DNA from: Polaromonas sp.
GTDB lineage: Bacteria > Pseudomonadota > Gammaproteobacteria > Burkholderiales > Burkholderiaceae_C
Direction of reading: 5' to 3'
NCBI GenBank assembly: GCA_030654695.1
Contig: JAURWY010000010.1
Coordinates: 21,445-53,444 of the forward strand
DNA: 32,000 bases
In this document: piece after piece, positions 7,561 to 14,678 of the stretch
Position numbering within the stretch: position 1 is the stretch's first letter
Layout of the letters: each line of letters starts with the position of its first letter
Translations under genes and position numbers: made by a program
The notes under the pieces: model-generated
Databases searched by the model: none
Seen by the model: only the letters and a program-made list of their open reading frames with translations
Told to the model about the DNA's origin: nothing

Positions 7561-8163
7561 TCACGATAGCAACTCAACAGCCGTACGCATCATCATGGGG
7601 TTCACGTCTATGTATTTCTGTGTGACTGCCATGGACCTGTGACCCGCCAGTTCCATGAGCACACGAACGGAAACGCCCATGTTTGCTAAGTTCGTAATGA
7701 ATGAACGGCGCGAACTGTGACTTGATGCACCTGTGATCCCTGCGCCTTTGTAGATGTAGTGAAAGTGCTGTGCCAGTGTGGAAGGTGTGAAGCCGCGATT
7801 GGGTTCTTTCTGAGTCGTGAATAAAGCACGGTTTGTGTCAGTCATGGTCACTGCCAATAATTCCTTCAACCTAAAGCGTGTTTGCAGGTAGTTTTTAATT
7901 TCTTCTTGTGCCTTTTCTGACAAGACCACGATCCTGCCACGTGAGCCCTTCGTTTGGTCTGCCGACAGACGTACTTCCTCAACGATGTTTCCGTCATTAG
8001 TCAATACATCGCAAAGCTGAAGCGATGCAAGTTCACCAACTCGCATGCCTGTTGCATTGAGCAGGGCGAACATTGCTCGATTTCTTGTCGAGTGCTTGCG
8101 TGATGCTATGTAGAGAAGGACCTTGCGAACTTCTTTTTCATTCAATACTTTTGCTTGTGCCAT
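7561..8163 (-). CDS. Short tyrosine recombinase (catalytic domain only, FimB/FimE-sized)
   Basis: Catalytic signature in order: TGMRVGEL (Arg), QTKGSRGRIV (Lys hairpin), SHSSRRSF (His-x-x-Arg), GHRSMAVTQKYIDV (His ... Tyr). Only about 35 residues precede the first Arg, so there is no N-terminal core-binding domain. AAGGA RBS upstream. Confidence 0.88.
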   Translation of the reverse strand: MAQAKVLNEKEVRKVLLYIASRKHSTRNRAMFALLNATGMRVGELASLQLCDVLTNDGNIVEEVRLSADQTKGSRGRIVVLSEKAQEEIKNYLQTRFRLKELLAVTMTDTNRALFTTQKEPNRGFTPSTLAQHFHYIYKGAGITGASSHSSRRSFITNLANMGVSVRVLMELAGHRSMAVTQKYIDVNPMMMRTAVELLS

Positions 8164-8702
8164 TTGTGTTTTTCCTTACAAATCAAATCTTTGACATGTA
8201 TTTAGTTTGATCCCATTGATTAGGTCGGACAAGCCTTTTGGGATAAAAAAGGTTCCTCTTGTAAATCAACGACTTAGCTCGAAATCAAAACTCCCTGCTA
8301 TTTGTTTTGATTTTTGTGGGACTCGTTCTGAGCGTGAGTTCCGCTGCCGATTGCCCTTGGTCATCACCGATCTGAAAATCGTTTGTAGTTTGTCCTGATG
8401 CGTCAGTTCATGACACAAACGAGCCATGCATGCAATTGCAAAAGTTGAATTCGTGAAAGCCGACACGAAAGTTCATCTTCGTGTTCAGATCGACGTTTGA
8501 GACGCTTTTTTGTGCCTTCCGTGTACGGGTCGCAGCTATGTGATTGCATCTCTTGTGCTTGGATCTGATCTGCGTCCTGAGCAATTTGCTGTACCAGTGT
8601 TTCATTGAACTCGATACCCATGTTTTTTATTCACATGAAATTCAGACATGGCTCCGCTATTAAAGGGTCAACAGACACCTCTCGCCACATCGAAAGGAGC
8701 AA

Positions 8703-9254
8703 TCACTCAGCAGAAGATGGGGAACATGAAGGCAGAAGAACATTCATCCAGTCGATGCTCTCCCTGTTTGCGAACAATGTGTTCTTTGTTGAATAGCCAA
8801 CCCATCCATGATCCCGATACGGTTTGACTATGACTTGACGACCACCAAATGGTGAGTCAGCCCAAATCGCTTTGACCTTTGACTCGACTATTTCAAAACG
8901 ATCCTCGCCCACTCCAAGATGGCAGTGGTAGTGCGGCTTCTGACCGTCATTCAGACCCTCAAGAATAGGAATGAACAAAAGATTTCCACGCCTGTTGCCG
9001 TACAGCGATTTGTCCAACTTCCATTTGAAGTACCTCATGCTCCCATGCAATAGCTGTAAGACATCGGGGTGATTCAATGGTTTCGTAATGTTGCCTTTGC
9101 GAAGGGAATTCCAAAGGTGATTGATGTCGAAGGTCAAAGTCAGTGCATGGGTGATGAGGTGTTCGTGCTGCATTGCCCATGCTTCGTTTTGGTCACGAAA
9201 TTTGTTCAACTTTGCTTTGTATTGGTCATTGAGTTGATCGGTCAGTGTTGTCAT
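8703..9254 (-). CDS. Small HUH-superfamily Rep-like protein (putative rolling-circle initiator)
   Basis: Ordered motifs: I ALTLTFD; II KPHYHCHLGV (His-hydrophobic-His), preceded by FKWKLDKSLYGNRRGNLLFIPILE as in phage/plasmid Rep (G2P-like) proteins; III GWVGYSTKN (YxxK). The ORF itself is solid. The function is inferred from motifs only. Confidence 0.6.
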   Translation of the reverse strand: MTTLTDQLNDQYKAKLNKFRDQNEAWAMQHEHLITHALTLTFDINHLWNSLRKGNITKPLNHPDVLQLLHGSMRYFKWKLDKSLYGNRRGNLLFIPILEGLNDGQKPHYHCHLGVGEDRFEIVESKVKAIWADSPFGGRQVIVKPYRDHGWVGYSTKNTLFANRESIDWMNVLLPSCSPSSAE

Positions 9255-9380
9255 AAAACTATTTATGCCAAACCAACAGAAACCACAAAAAAATCAAATG
9301 ATGGGTGCCGATCTTGGCTAGGAATCGAAATGACACGGCAATAGGCTCGATCTCATTCATCAACAAACAAGGAGATTTCA

Positions 9381-9839
9381 ATGAGTGCAATTCTTTCGAG
9401 TCTGAAATTGGTCAACGCAAAACGCCAGAATTCAATCGACCCGGTTGTCTTTCGTCGTAACAAGCTGAATGAAAAGCTGAAAGTTCAGATCGCTATGGCG
9501 CAGGCGATGAACAAGGGTGAAACGTTCACAGTGAAACGTATGCGCAACGTGCGTGATGCAGTCACAGGACAGACTTCACTCGTAGAAGTCAGCAAGCGAG
9601 TCAAGCAATGGTGGTTCGTGAACAACGACACCAAAAAGATTGCCGTTCAAATCTTCTACGGCAACAAGGTGATGGACCTTGCGAAGGGTAAGAACGCGGT
9701 CGAAGTTGCCAATGGCGACGAGCTAGTCAACGTTTTGTCAAAGCTCCAAGAAGCTGTACTTGATGGTTCGCTGGATGCTCAGATCGAACAGGCAGCGGAT
9801 TCGGTGAAGGCGCGCTTTGCGAAGTGCGCAAGGCAATGA
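9381..9839 (+). CDS. Hypothetical protein, 152 aa
   Basis: Strong RBS (AAGGAG 7 nt upstream). Plausible composition. Followed by a perfect hairpin. It resembles small conserved hypotheticals I associate with proteobacterial mobile elements, but I cannot verify that. Confidence 0.7.
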   Translation: MSAILSSLKLVNAKRQNSIDPVVFRRNKLNEKLKVQIAMAQAMNKGETFTVKRMRNVRDAVTGQTSLVEVSKRVKQWWFVNNDTKKIAVQIFYGNKVMDLAKGKNAVEVANGDELVNVLSKLQEAVLDGSLDAQIEQAADSVKARFAKCARQ

Positions 9840-9845
9840 TTGATC

Positions 9846-9872
9846 GTGAGCGTCCAGTGGCGGGACGCTCAC
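9846..9872 (+). terminator. Perfect 10-bp GC-rich hairpin after the 152-aa gene
   Basis: GTGAGCGTCC (9846-9855), loop AGTGGCG, GGACGCTCAC (9863-9872). The T-run follows only after the adjacent palindrome (9891-9895). Confidence 0.55.
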
Positions 9873-9891
9873 ATGTCCTTTGAAATGACAT
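9873..9891. repeat. Island palindrome copy 4 (ATGTCCTTT-G-AAATGACAT, one arm mismatch)
   Basis: Directly abuts the hairpin at 9846-9872. About 50 nt upstream of the 114-aa ORF. Confidence 0.8.
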
Positions 9892-9939
9892 TTTTCAACT
9901 AGCGCTGGCACCAAACTTAATGCACCGATAAATACATGT

Positions 9940-10284
9940 ATGAAGATCAATGAAGTCACAACCAATCTCAATACCTACGTTGCCACTGTCCGTGTTGTCT
10001 TGCGCAATGGAACGACCATGGCGAAAACTCATGTGATCGCTGATGGGATCAATCAAGCTCGAATGTTGCTCATGCACTTGTATGGCGAGAGCAACGTCTT
10101 GTTACTTCAAGCCGTTATCGATAAGGATATGACTGAAGGCACGAAGACGCTTACAGCATCTGAGTTGCAGGTCAAGTCAATGACTGACCGCGCCAAACAA
10201 CTGAATCAGCAAGCGAAACAGACGAGAGCACGGCAGTCATTAAAGGATGCTCAGCATAAGCTAAATTTGGCAAGCCAGAAATAA
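9940..10284 (+). CDS. Hypothetical protein, 114 aa (C-terminal basic/coiled region)
   Basis: ORF of island-like composition. No convincing RBS. Confidence 0.45.
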   Translation: MKINEVTTNLNTYVATVRVVLRNGTTMAKTHVIADGINQARMLLMHLYGESNVLLLQAVIDKDMTEGTKTLTASELQVKSMTDRAKQLNQQAKQTRARQSLKDAQHKLNLASQK

Positions 10285-10395
10285 TTAAGGTGTAGTTTTT
10301 AATTATCCAAATAGCGTTATTAAATTTAGAATTATTTATTTGTTAATTAACTAATTTAATAGAAAATTATAGAAAAAATAAGTTATTTAAATCTA

Positions 10396-10926
10396 TTATT
10401 TTTTCACTTCTTTGGCGATAGCTTTAGCAAGTTCTTCTCTTTCATAGCGCGCATTATCCATATCTTTCGATACTTTTTTCTTTATATTTTTTATATCATC
10501 TTCAGTTAGACCTGCAGCCAATGCTTTTTTATCGTTGGACTTTGATTGCACAATGTACCCAACAATTATGCATCCAAAAAACCATAGTAAACCCACGCCT
10601 AAAGACATAAAAAATGCTGCTATTGATGCTGCCATAATAAATGCACCATACATATAGTAATTTGCAGCCTCTGCCTTAAGCTCTTTTTGCATTAATTGAA
10701 TTGTTTCATCTAGAGGCTTCGCTCTATCCGTCAATTCCGTTAACATCTTAGTTAATACTTTAATTTCTGCAGTACAACTATTAATCTTATTCACATTTTC
10801 TTCTTCAATTGCTATTTTTTGTTGATATTCAACTTCTTTAAATTTAGCCGAGTTTGAAGTTACTTCACTTGAAATCTGCATTCTTTCTTTTATCAATTCA
10901 CTAAGTTCTGCCATTTTGGACTCCAA
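10396..10926 (-). CDS. Coiled-coil membrane protein with two adjacent TM helices (176 aa) in an extremely AT-rich segment
   Basis: N-terminal heptad-like region of about 85 aa. Hydrophobic hairpin YYMYGAFIMAASIAAFFMSLGVGLLWFFGCIIVGYIV. Charged C-terminal helix. Codon usage is very AT-biased, unlike the rest of the island. Confidence 0.7.
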   Translation of the reverse strand: MESKMAELSELIKERMQISSEVTSNSAKFKEVEYQQKIAIEEENVNKINSCTAEIKVLTKMLTELTDRAKPLDETIQLMQKELKAEAANYYMYGAFIMAASIAAFFMSLGVGLLWFFGCIIVGYIVQSKSNDKKALAAGLTEDDIKNIKKKVSKDMDNARYEREELAKAIAKEVKK

Positions 10927-11010
10927 TTGTTAATTTATTGTAAAAATTGTAACTTTATGTCTTTTCCTGCGTTCAGTCAATAGAGTGCAGCTGAATTAGC
11001 GTCCCGTTTG

Positions 11011-11058
11011 TTGACACATCTTGACTCAGACCATCAGATCTAAGTCGAGATGTGTCAA
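11011..11058. repeat. 16-bp inverted repeat (TTGACACATCTTGACT / AGTCGAGATGTGTCAA) with a 16-nt loop
   Basis: Arms at 11011-11026 and 11043-11058, 1 mismatch. Each arm carries a TTGACA hexamer. Located between the small ORF (stop 11065) and the AT-rich gene. Confidence 0.7.
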
Positions 11059-11064
11059 ATCATG

Positions 11065-11337
11065 TCATTCAACCCACAGGTCCAGCAACTCCGGCTCAAC
11101 CTTTAATGTGAGCCGTTCCATCCTGAGTTTCCCTTTCTTGTAGATAGAAAAGACATGCTCAGCACCAAGCAAGCAGCCATTGATTGAACGAGTGCCAGCC
11201 CTAGTCAACAGCTTGGCAATCGCCTCAAACGTCAATTGCTCACGTTCACGCAACAAAAAGACCCTATCAAACAGCCGTTGCTGACTGCTTGTATAGGGTC
11301 CTATGAAAAGCGCCTTGGTTTTCAGTCTGACGACCAT
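11065..11337 (-). CDS. Small hypothetical protein (90 aa from ATG 11337; the ORF extends to a GTG at 11370 inside the att arm), possible HTH
   Basis: The segment REREQLTFEAIAKLLTRAGTRSINGCLLGAEHVFSIYKKG looks like an HTH / recombinase-domain-like DNA-binding stretch. No clear RBS. Confidence 0.4.
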   Translation of the reverse strand: MVVRLKTKALFIGPYTSSQQRLFDRVFLLREREQLTFEAIAKLLTRAGTRSINGCLLGAEHVFSIYKKGKLRMERLTLKVEPELLDLWVE

Positions 11338-11358
11338 CAGCAGTGCTGACGCATCGTC

Positions 11359-11415
11359 AAAATTACTCACTAGCTGAACTACTCCACGGTGACGCTCTTC
11401 GCCAGATTCCGTGGT
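11359..11415. other. Right island junction (attR-like): 30-nt island arm P + GT crossover + native glmS sequence
   Basis: Sequence aaaattactcactagctgaactactccacg-GT-gacgctcttcgcc... The arm supplies the last codons and the TAG stop of the functional glmS. Confidence 0.75.
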
Positions 11416-13229
11416 TTGTCCACATCCGTCCCCCGCGCGCAGGCGGTGTGATACGCGAGCAATTGCAACGGCACCACGTGCAGCATGGGGCTCAGGGGGC
11501 CGTAGTGTTCGGGCATGCGGATGACGTGAATGCCTTCGCCGCTTTCAATGCGCGTGTCGGCGTCGGCCAGCACGTAGAGCACGCCGCCACGGGCCCGCAC
11601 TTCTTGCAAATTGCTTTTGAGCTTTTCAAGCAGGCTGTCGTTGGGAGCCACCGTGACCACCGGCATGGCGCTGGTCACCAGCGCCAGCGGGCCGTGTTTG
11701 AGCTCACCGGCCGGGTAGGCCTCGGCGTGGATGTAGCTGATTTCTTTCAGCTTGAGCGCGCCTTCCATGGCGATCGGGTAGTGCAGGCCGCGGCCTAAAA
11801 ACAGCGCATTTTCCATCTTCGCAAAGTCTTCTGACCAACTGATGATTTGCGGCTCCAGCGCCAGCACAGCTTGCAGCGCCGCCGGCAAGTGGCGCATGGC
11901 TTTCAAGTGCGCGGCTTCGTCTTCTTCCGTCAAGCGGCCTTTACTTTGCGCCAAGGCCAAGGTGAGTAAAAACAGACCCGCCAATTGCGCCGTGAAGGCC
12001 TTGGTGGACGCCACACCGATCTCGACGCCAGCGCGGGTGATGTAGGCCAACTTGCATTCGCGCACCATCGCCGAGGTGGCGACGTTGCAGATGGTCAGGG
12101 TTTGCGTCATGCCCAGGCTTTGCGCATGGCGCAGCGCGGCCAGCGTGTCGGCGGTTTCGCCGCTTTGTGTGATGGTGACGACCAGCGTGCGTGGGTTCGG
12201 CACGCTGGTGCGGTAGCGGTATTCGCTGGCGACTTCCACCTGCGTCGGAATGCCGGCAATGCTTTCCAGCCAATATTTGGCGGTGCAGCCGCTGTAGTAA
12301 CTGGTGCCGCAGGCCAGGATCAACACCGAATCAATGTCCTTGAAGGTGCGGTAAGCCGCGTCGCCAAACAGCTCGGGCACGATGGCGTTGACGCCTTCCA
12401 GCGTGTCGGCAATGGCGCGCGGCTGCTCAAAAATTTCTTTTTGCATGTAGTGGCGATACGGCCCGAGTTCGGCCGCGCCGCTGTGCGCTTGCACGGTTTT
12501 GACCTCGCGCTTGACGGCCTTGTGTTGGCGGTCAAAGACCCAGTATTTGCCCAGCTGAATGTCGATCAAATCGCCTTCTTCGAGGTAGACAATCTGGTCC
12601 GTCACGCCGGCCAGCGCCATCGCGTCACTGGCCAAAAAGTGCTCAGCGCCGTCTTTGCCGACGCCCAAAATCAAGGGCGAACCAGCGCGCGCGCCGACCA
12701 CGCGGTGCGGCTCGTCTTTGCAAAAAGCGGCAATGGCGTAGGCACCATGCAATTGCGTGACGGCGGCTTTCAGCGCCTCAAACAAGTCGCCGTCGTACAG
12801 GCTGTCGACCAAATGCACGATGACTTCGGTGTCGGTCTGGCTCTGAAACAGATAGCCTTTGGCCTGCAAAGCAGCACGCAATTCGTCATGGTTTTCAATG
12901 ATGCCGTTGTGCACCAAAGCCACTTTGCCGGGACGTTGTGCCGCGTCTGCGCCGCTGCCGTGGCTGAAATGTGGGTGCGCATTGTGCACCGCCGGCGCGC
13001 CGTGCGTGGCCCAGCGCGTGTGCGCAATGCCGGTGCCGCCTTCAAGGTGTTCGGCGCTGACCTGCGCTTGCAGTTCGGCCACGCGCGAGGTGCTGCGCGC
13101 TCGCTTCAGGCCGTCCACATACACCGCCACGCCGCACGAGTCGTAGCCGCGGTATTCAAGGCGTTGCAAACCCTGCACGAGGATGGGAACGATGTTGCGG
13201 TTAGAAACCGCGGCGACGATACCGCACAT
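11379..13229 (-). CDS. glmS: Glutamine--fructose-6-phosphate aminotransferase (isomerizing)
   Basis: MCGIVAAV N-terminal nucleophile Cys. GATase-2 domain plus two SIS domains. Canonical C-terminus [13 protein letters not shown]. Confidence 0.97.
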   Translation of the reverse strand: MCGIVAAVSNRNIVPILVQGLQRLEYRGYDSCGVAVYVDGLKRARSTSRVAELQAQVSAEHLEGGTGIAHTRWATHGAPAVHNAHPHFSHGSGADAAQRPGKVALVHNGIIENHDELRAALQAKGYLFQSQTDTEVIVHLVDSLYDGDLFEALKAAVTQLHGAYAIAAFCKDEPHRVVGARAGSPLILGVGKDGAEHFLASDAMALAGVTDQIVYLEEGDLIDIQLGKYWVFDRQHKAVKREVKTVQAHSGAAELGPYRHYMQKEIFEQPRAIADTLEGVNAIVPELFGDAAYRTFKDIDSVLILACGTSYYSGCTAKYWLESIAGIPTQVEVASEYRYRTSVPNPRTLVVTITQSGETADTLAALRHAQSLGMTQTLTICNVATSAMVRECKLAYITRAGVEIGVASTKAFTAQLAGLFLLTLALAQSKGRLTEEDEAAHLKAMRHLPAALQAVLALEPQIISWSEDFAKMENALFLGRGLHYPIAMEGALKLKEISYIHAEAYPAGELKHGPLALVTSAMPVVTVAPNDSLLEKLKSNLQEVRARGGVLYVLADADTRIESGEGIHVIRMPEHYGPLSPMLHVVPLQLLAYHTACARGTDVDKPRNLAKSVTVE

Positions 13230-13367
13230 AAGCCAACTCCTGAAATCAATTCGATTGGCCGATGGTACGGATCGACAACTTTTTTATCAGATCAAAATAT
13301 GAATTAATATGAAATAAAATTCCATTCATCTGAAATATTTTCTATAAATTTCTAGAAAGTAATTTTT
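13230..13367. promoter_or_regulatory. AT-rich divergent glmS / lrp-family intergenic region
   Basis: 138-bp AT-rich gap with ATGAAT/ATTCAT and GAAAT repeats between divergent genes. Plausibly holds promoters and Lrp-type operators. Inference only. Confidence 0.35.
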
Positions 13368-13853
13368 ATGGAACAAATCACGATTGATGCCATCGACATT
13401 CGCCTGCTCGACGAGCTCCAGCAAGACGCGTCACTAACCAACCAGGCGCTGGCCGAACGCGCGCATGTCTCACCGCCGACCTGCCTGCGGCGCATCAAAC
13501 GGCTACGCGACGCCGGCCTGATCGAACACCAAATTGCCTTGCTCAACACCGATAAACTGACCGCCGCCCTAGGCCGTGGCCTGACCGCCATCACCGAGGT
13601 CACGCTGGACCGGCAAGGCAACGAAGAAGCCGTCGCGTTTGAGGCGCGGGTGGTTCAAGACCCAGCGGTGCAGCAGTGCTACCGCGTTTCACCCGGTCCG
13701 GACTTCATGCTGGTGGTCCACGTGGCCGACATGCCGGCCTACTTGGCGCTGGCCCAGCGGCTTTTCACCAGCGACGCCAACGTGCGCAATGTGAAAGCGT
13801 TTTTCAGTTTGCACCGGGCGAAGTTCAAGCCTCAGGTATTGCTGGGGATTTGA
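13368..13853 (+). CDS. Lrp/AsnC-family transcriptional regulator
   Basis: IDIRLLDELQQDASLTNQALAERAHVSPPTCLRRIKRLRDAGLI HTH followed by a RAM-domain-length C-terminus. Confidence 0.9.
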   Translation: MEQITIDAIDIRLLDELQQDASLTNQALAERAHVSPPTCLRRIKRLRDAGLIEHQIALLNTDKLTAALGRGLTAITEVTLDRQGNEEAVAFEARVVQDPAVQQCYRVSPGPDFMLVVHVADMPAYLALAQRLFTSDANVRNVKAFFSLHRAKFKPQVLLGI

Positions 13854-13888
13854 GGTTCGGGCTGTAGCTGCTCCGATCCACCCTTTTG

Positions 13889-13917
13889 CGTCATCGCGAG
13901 CGCAGCGTGGCGATCCA
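13889..13917. repeat. REP-like extragenic repeat copy (CGTCATCGCGAGCGCAGCGTGGCGATCCA)
   Basis: 27/29 identical to 24576-24604. Intergenic, between convergent genes. Confidence 0.75.
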
Positions 13918-13940
13918 TCGTCGTGGTGAGGCGGATGCCG

Positions 13941-14678
13941 TCAAACGCCAATGAGATTTCGCCGGACGTCTTCGTTAGCCGTCAGTTCGGCCATCGAGCC
14001 CTCGAAACGGATTTGGCCTTTTTCGAGCACATAAGCGCGGTCGGACACGAGCTCAGCAAAGTGCATGTTTTGCTCTGACAACAAGATGCTCACGCCCTCG
14101 TCTTTGAGCGCCAGAATCATTTGCGCCATTTGCTCGACGATGACGGGTGCGACGCCTTCCGACGGCTCATCGAGTAGCACAAGGTAAGGGTTGCCCATCA
14201 AGGTGCGCGCCACCGTCAGCATCTGTTGCTCACCACCGCTCATGCGGCCGCCCAGACGGTCTGGCATCTCGCCCAAGTTGGGGAAGAGTTCAAACAGGCG
14301 CTCAGGTGTCCACAGCGGCGCGGCACTGCCGTCGGGCCAGTGACGCGGCGGTTGGCGACCCACTTCGAGGTTTTCCATGACCGTCAGGTCAGTGAAAATG
14401 CGCCGGTCTTCAGGCACAAAACCCAGGCCCATGCGGGCTGCGTGGTGGGTTTCGCTGCTTGAGATATCAGTGCCTAAAAACGACACGTCACCACGCCGTT
14501 TGTCGAGCATGCCGATCAGGGTTTTGAGCGTCGTTGATTTGCCGGCGCCGTTGCGCCCCATCAGGGCCACCACTTCGCCGCGCCGCACTTCTAAGCCGAC
14601 GTCATACAAAATTTGGGCCGCACCGTACCAAGCACACAAGCCCTTAGCTTGCAGCAGAATGTCTTTGCCAGCGCTCAT
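13941..14678 (-). CDS. livF: Branched-chain amino acid (HAAT-family) ABC transporter ATP-binding protein, LivF-like
   Basis: Walker A GRNGAGKST, signature MSGGEQQML, Walker B LVLLDEPS. Overlaps the upstream gene by 4 nt. Confidence 0.88.
   Translation of the reverse strand: MSAGKDILLQAKGLCAWYGAAQILYDVGLEVRRGEVVALMGRNGAGKSTTLKTLIGMLDKRRGDVSFLGTDISSSETHHAARMGLGFVPEDRRIFTDLTVMENLEVGRQPPRHWPDGSAAPLWTPERLFELFPNLGEMPDRLGGRMSGGEQQMLTVARTLMGNPYLVLLDEPSEGVAPVIVEQMAQMILALKDEGVSILLSEQNMHFAELVSDRAYVLEKGQIRFEGSMAELTANEDVRRNLIGV

Larger units (their letters stand above)
2998..11390. mobile_element. ~8.4 kb integrative island inserted in the 3' end of glmS, bounded by LSR-type att sites
   Basis: Abrupt by-eye drop in GC relative to both flanks. 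An LSR gene lies 15 nt from the left arm. Symmetric 30-nt arms surround a GT at both junctions. The glmS tail is duplicated. Contains recombinase and replication-like genes only. Confidence 0.8.

Noticed and set aside
8282-8320. AT-rich 10-bp hairpin followed by T-run resembling a + strand terminator
   Set aside because: There is no + strand gene upstream to terminate, and the stem is almost entirely A/T. It is likely incidental in AT-rich DNA.
8403-8621. 72-aa minus-strand ORF (MGIEFNETLVQQIAQDADQ...) in the large island gap
   Set aside because: It has the same orientation as its neighbours and a plausible N-terminal half. However, it has no Shine-Dalgarno, a hydrophobic junk-like C-terminus and an overlapping alternative frame. 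It is mentioned only inside the gap finding.
3045-11370. Prophage or phage satellite
   Set aside because: No capsid, portal, terminase, tail or lysis genes, and no primase/helicase. The element is only 8.4 kb. Satellite status cannot be excluded, but the sequence contains nothing to support it.
2883-11378. Tn7-like transposon at attTn7, because the island lies immediately downstream of glmS
   Set aside because: There are no TnsA/B/C/D-like ORFs, no TGT...ACA termini with multiple 22-bp TnsB sites, and no 5-bp target duplication. The junction lies inside the glmS coding tail and has serine-recombinase-type dyad arms instead.
11985-13307. 440-aa ORF on the + strand, plus other long ORFs at 24610..25911 (-), 23448..24260 (-), 16717..17394 (+) and 18944..19564 (-)
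   Set aside because: They are antisense to strongly supported genes (glmS, NDUFA9-like/cca, glmU, permease, fpr). They have Arg/Ala/Gly/His-rich low-complexity translations typical of spurious open frames in high-GC DNA.
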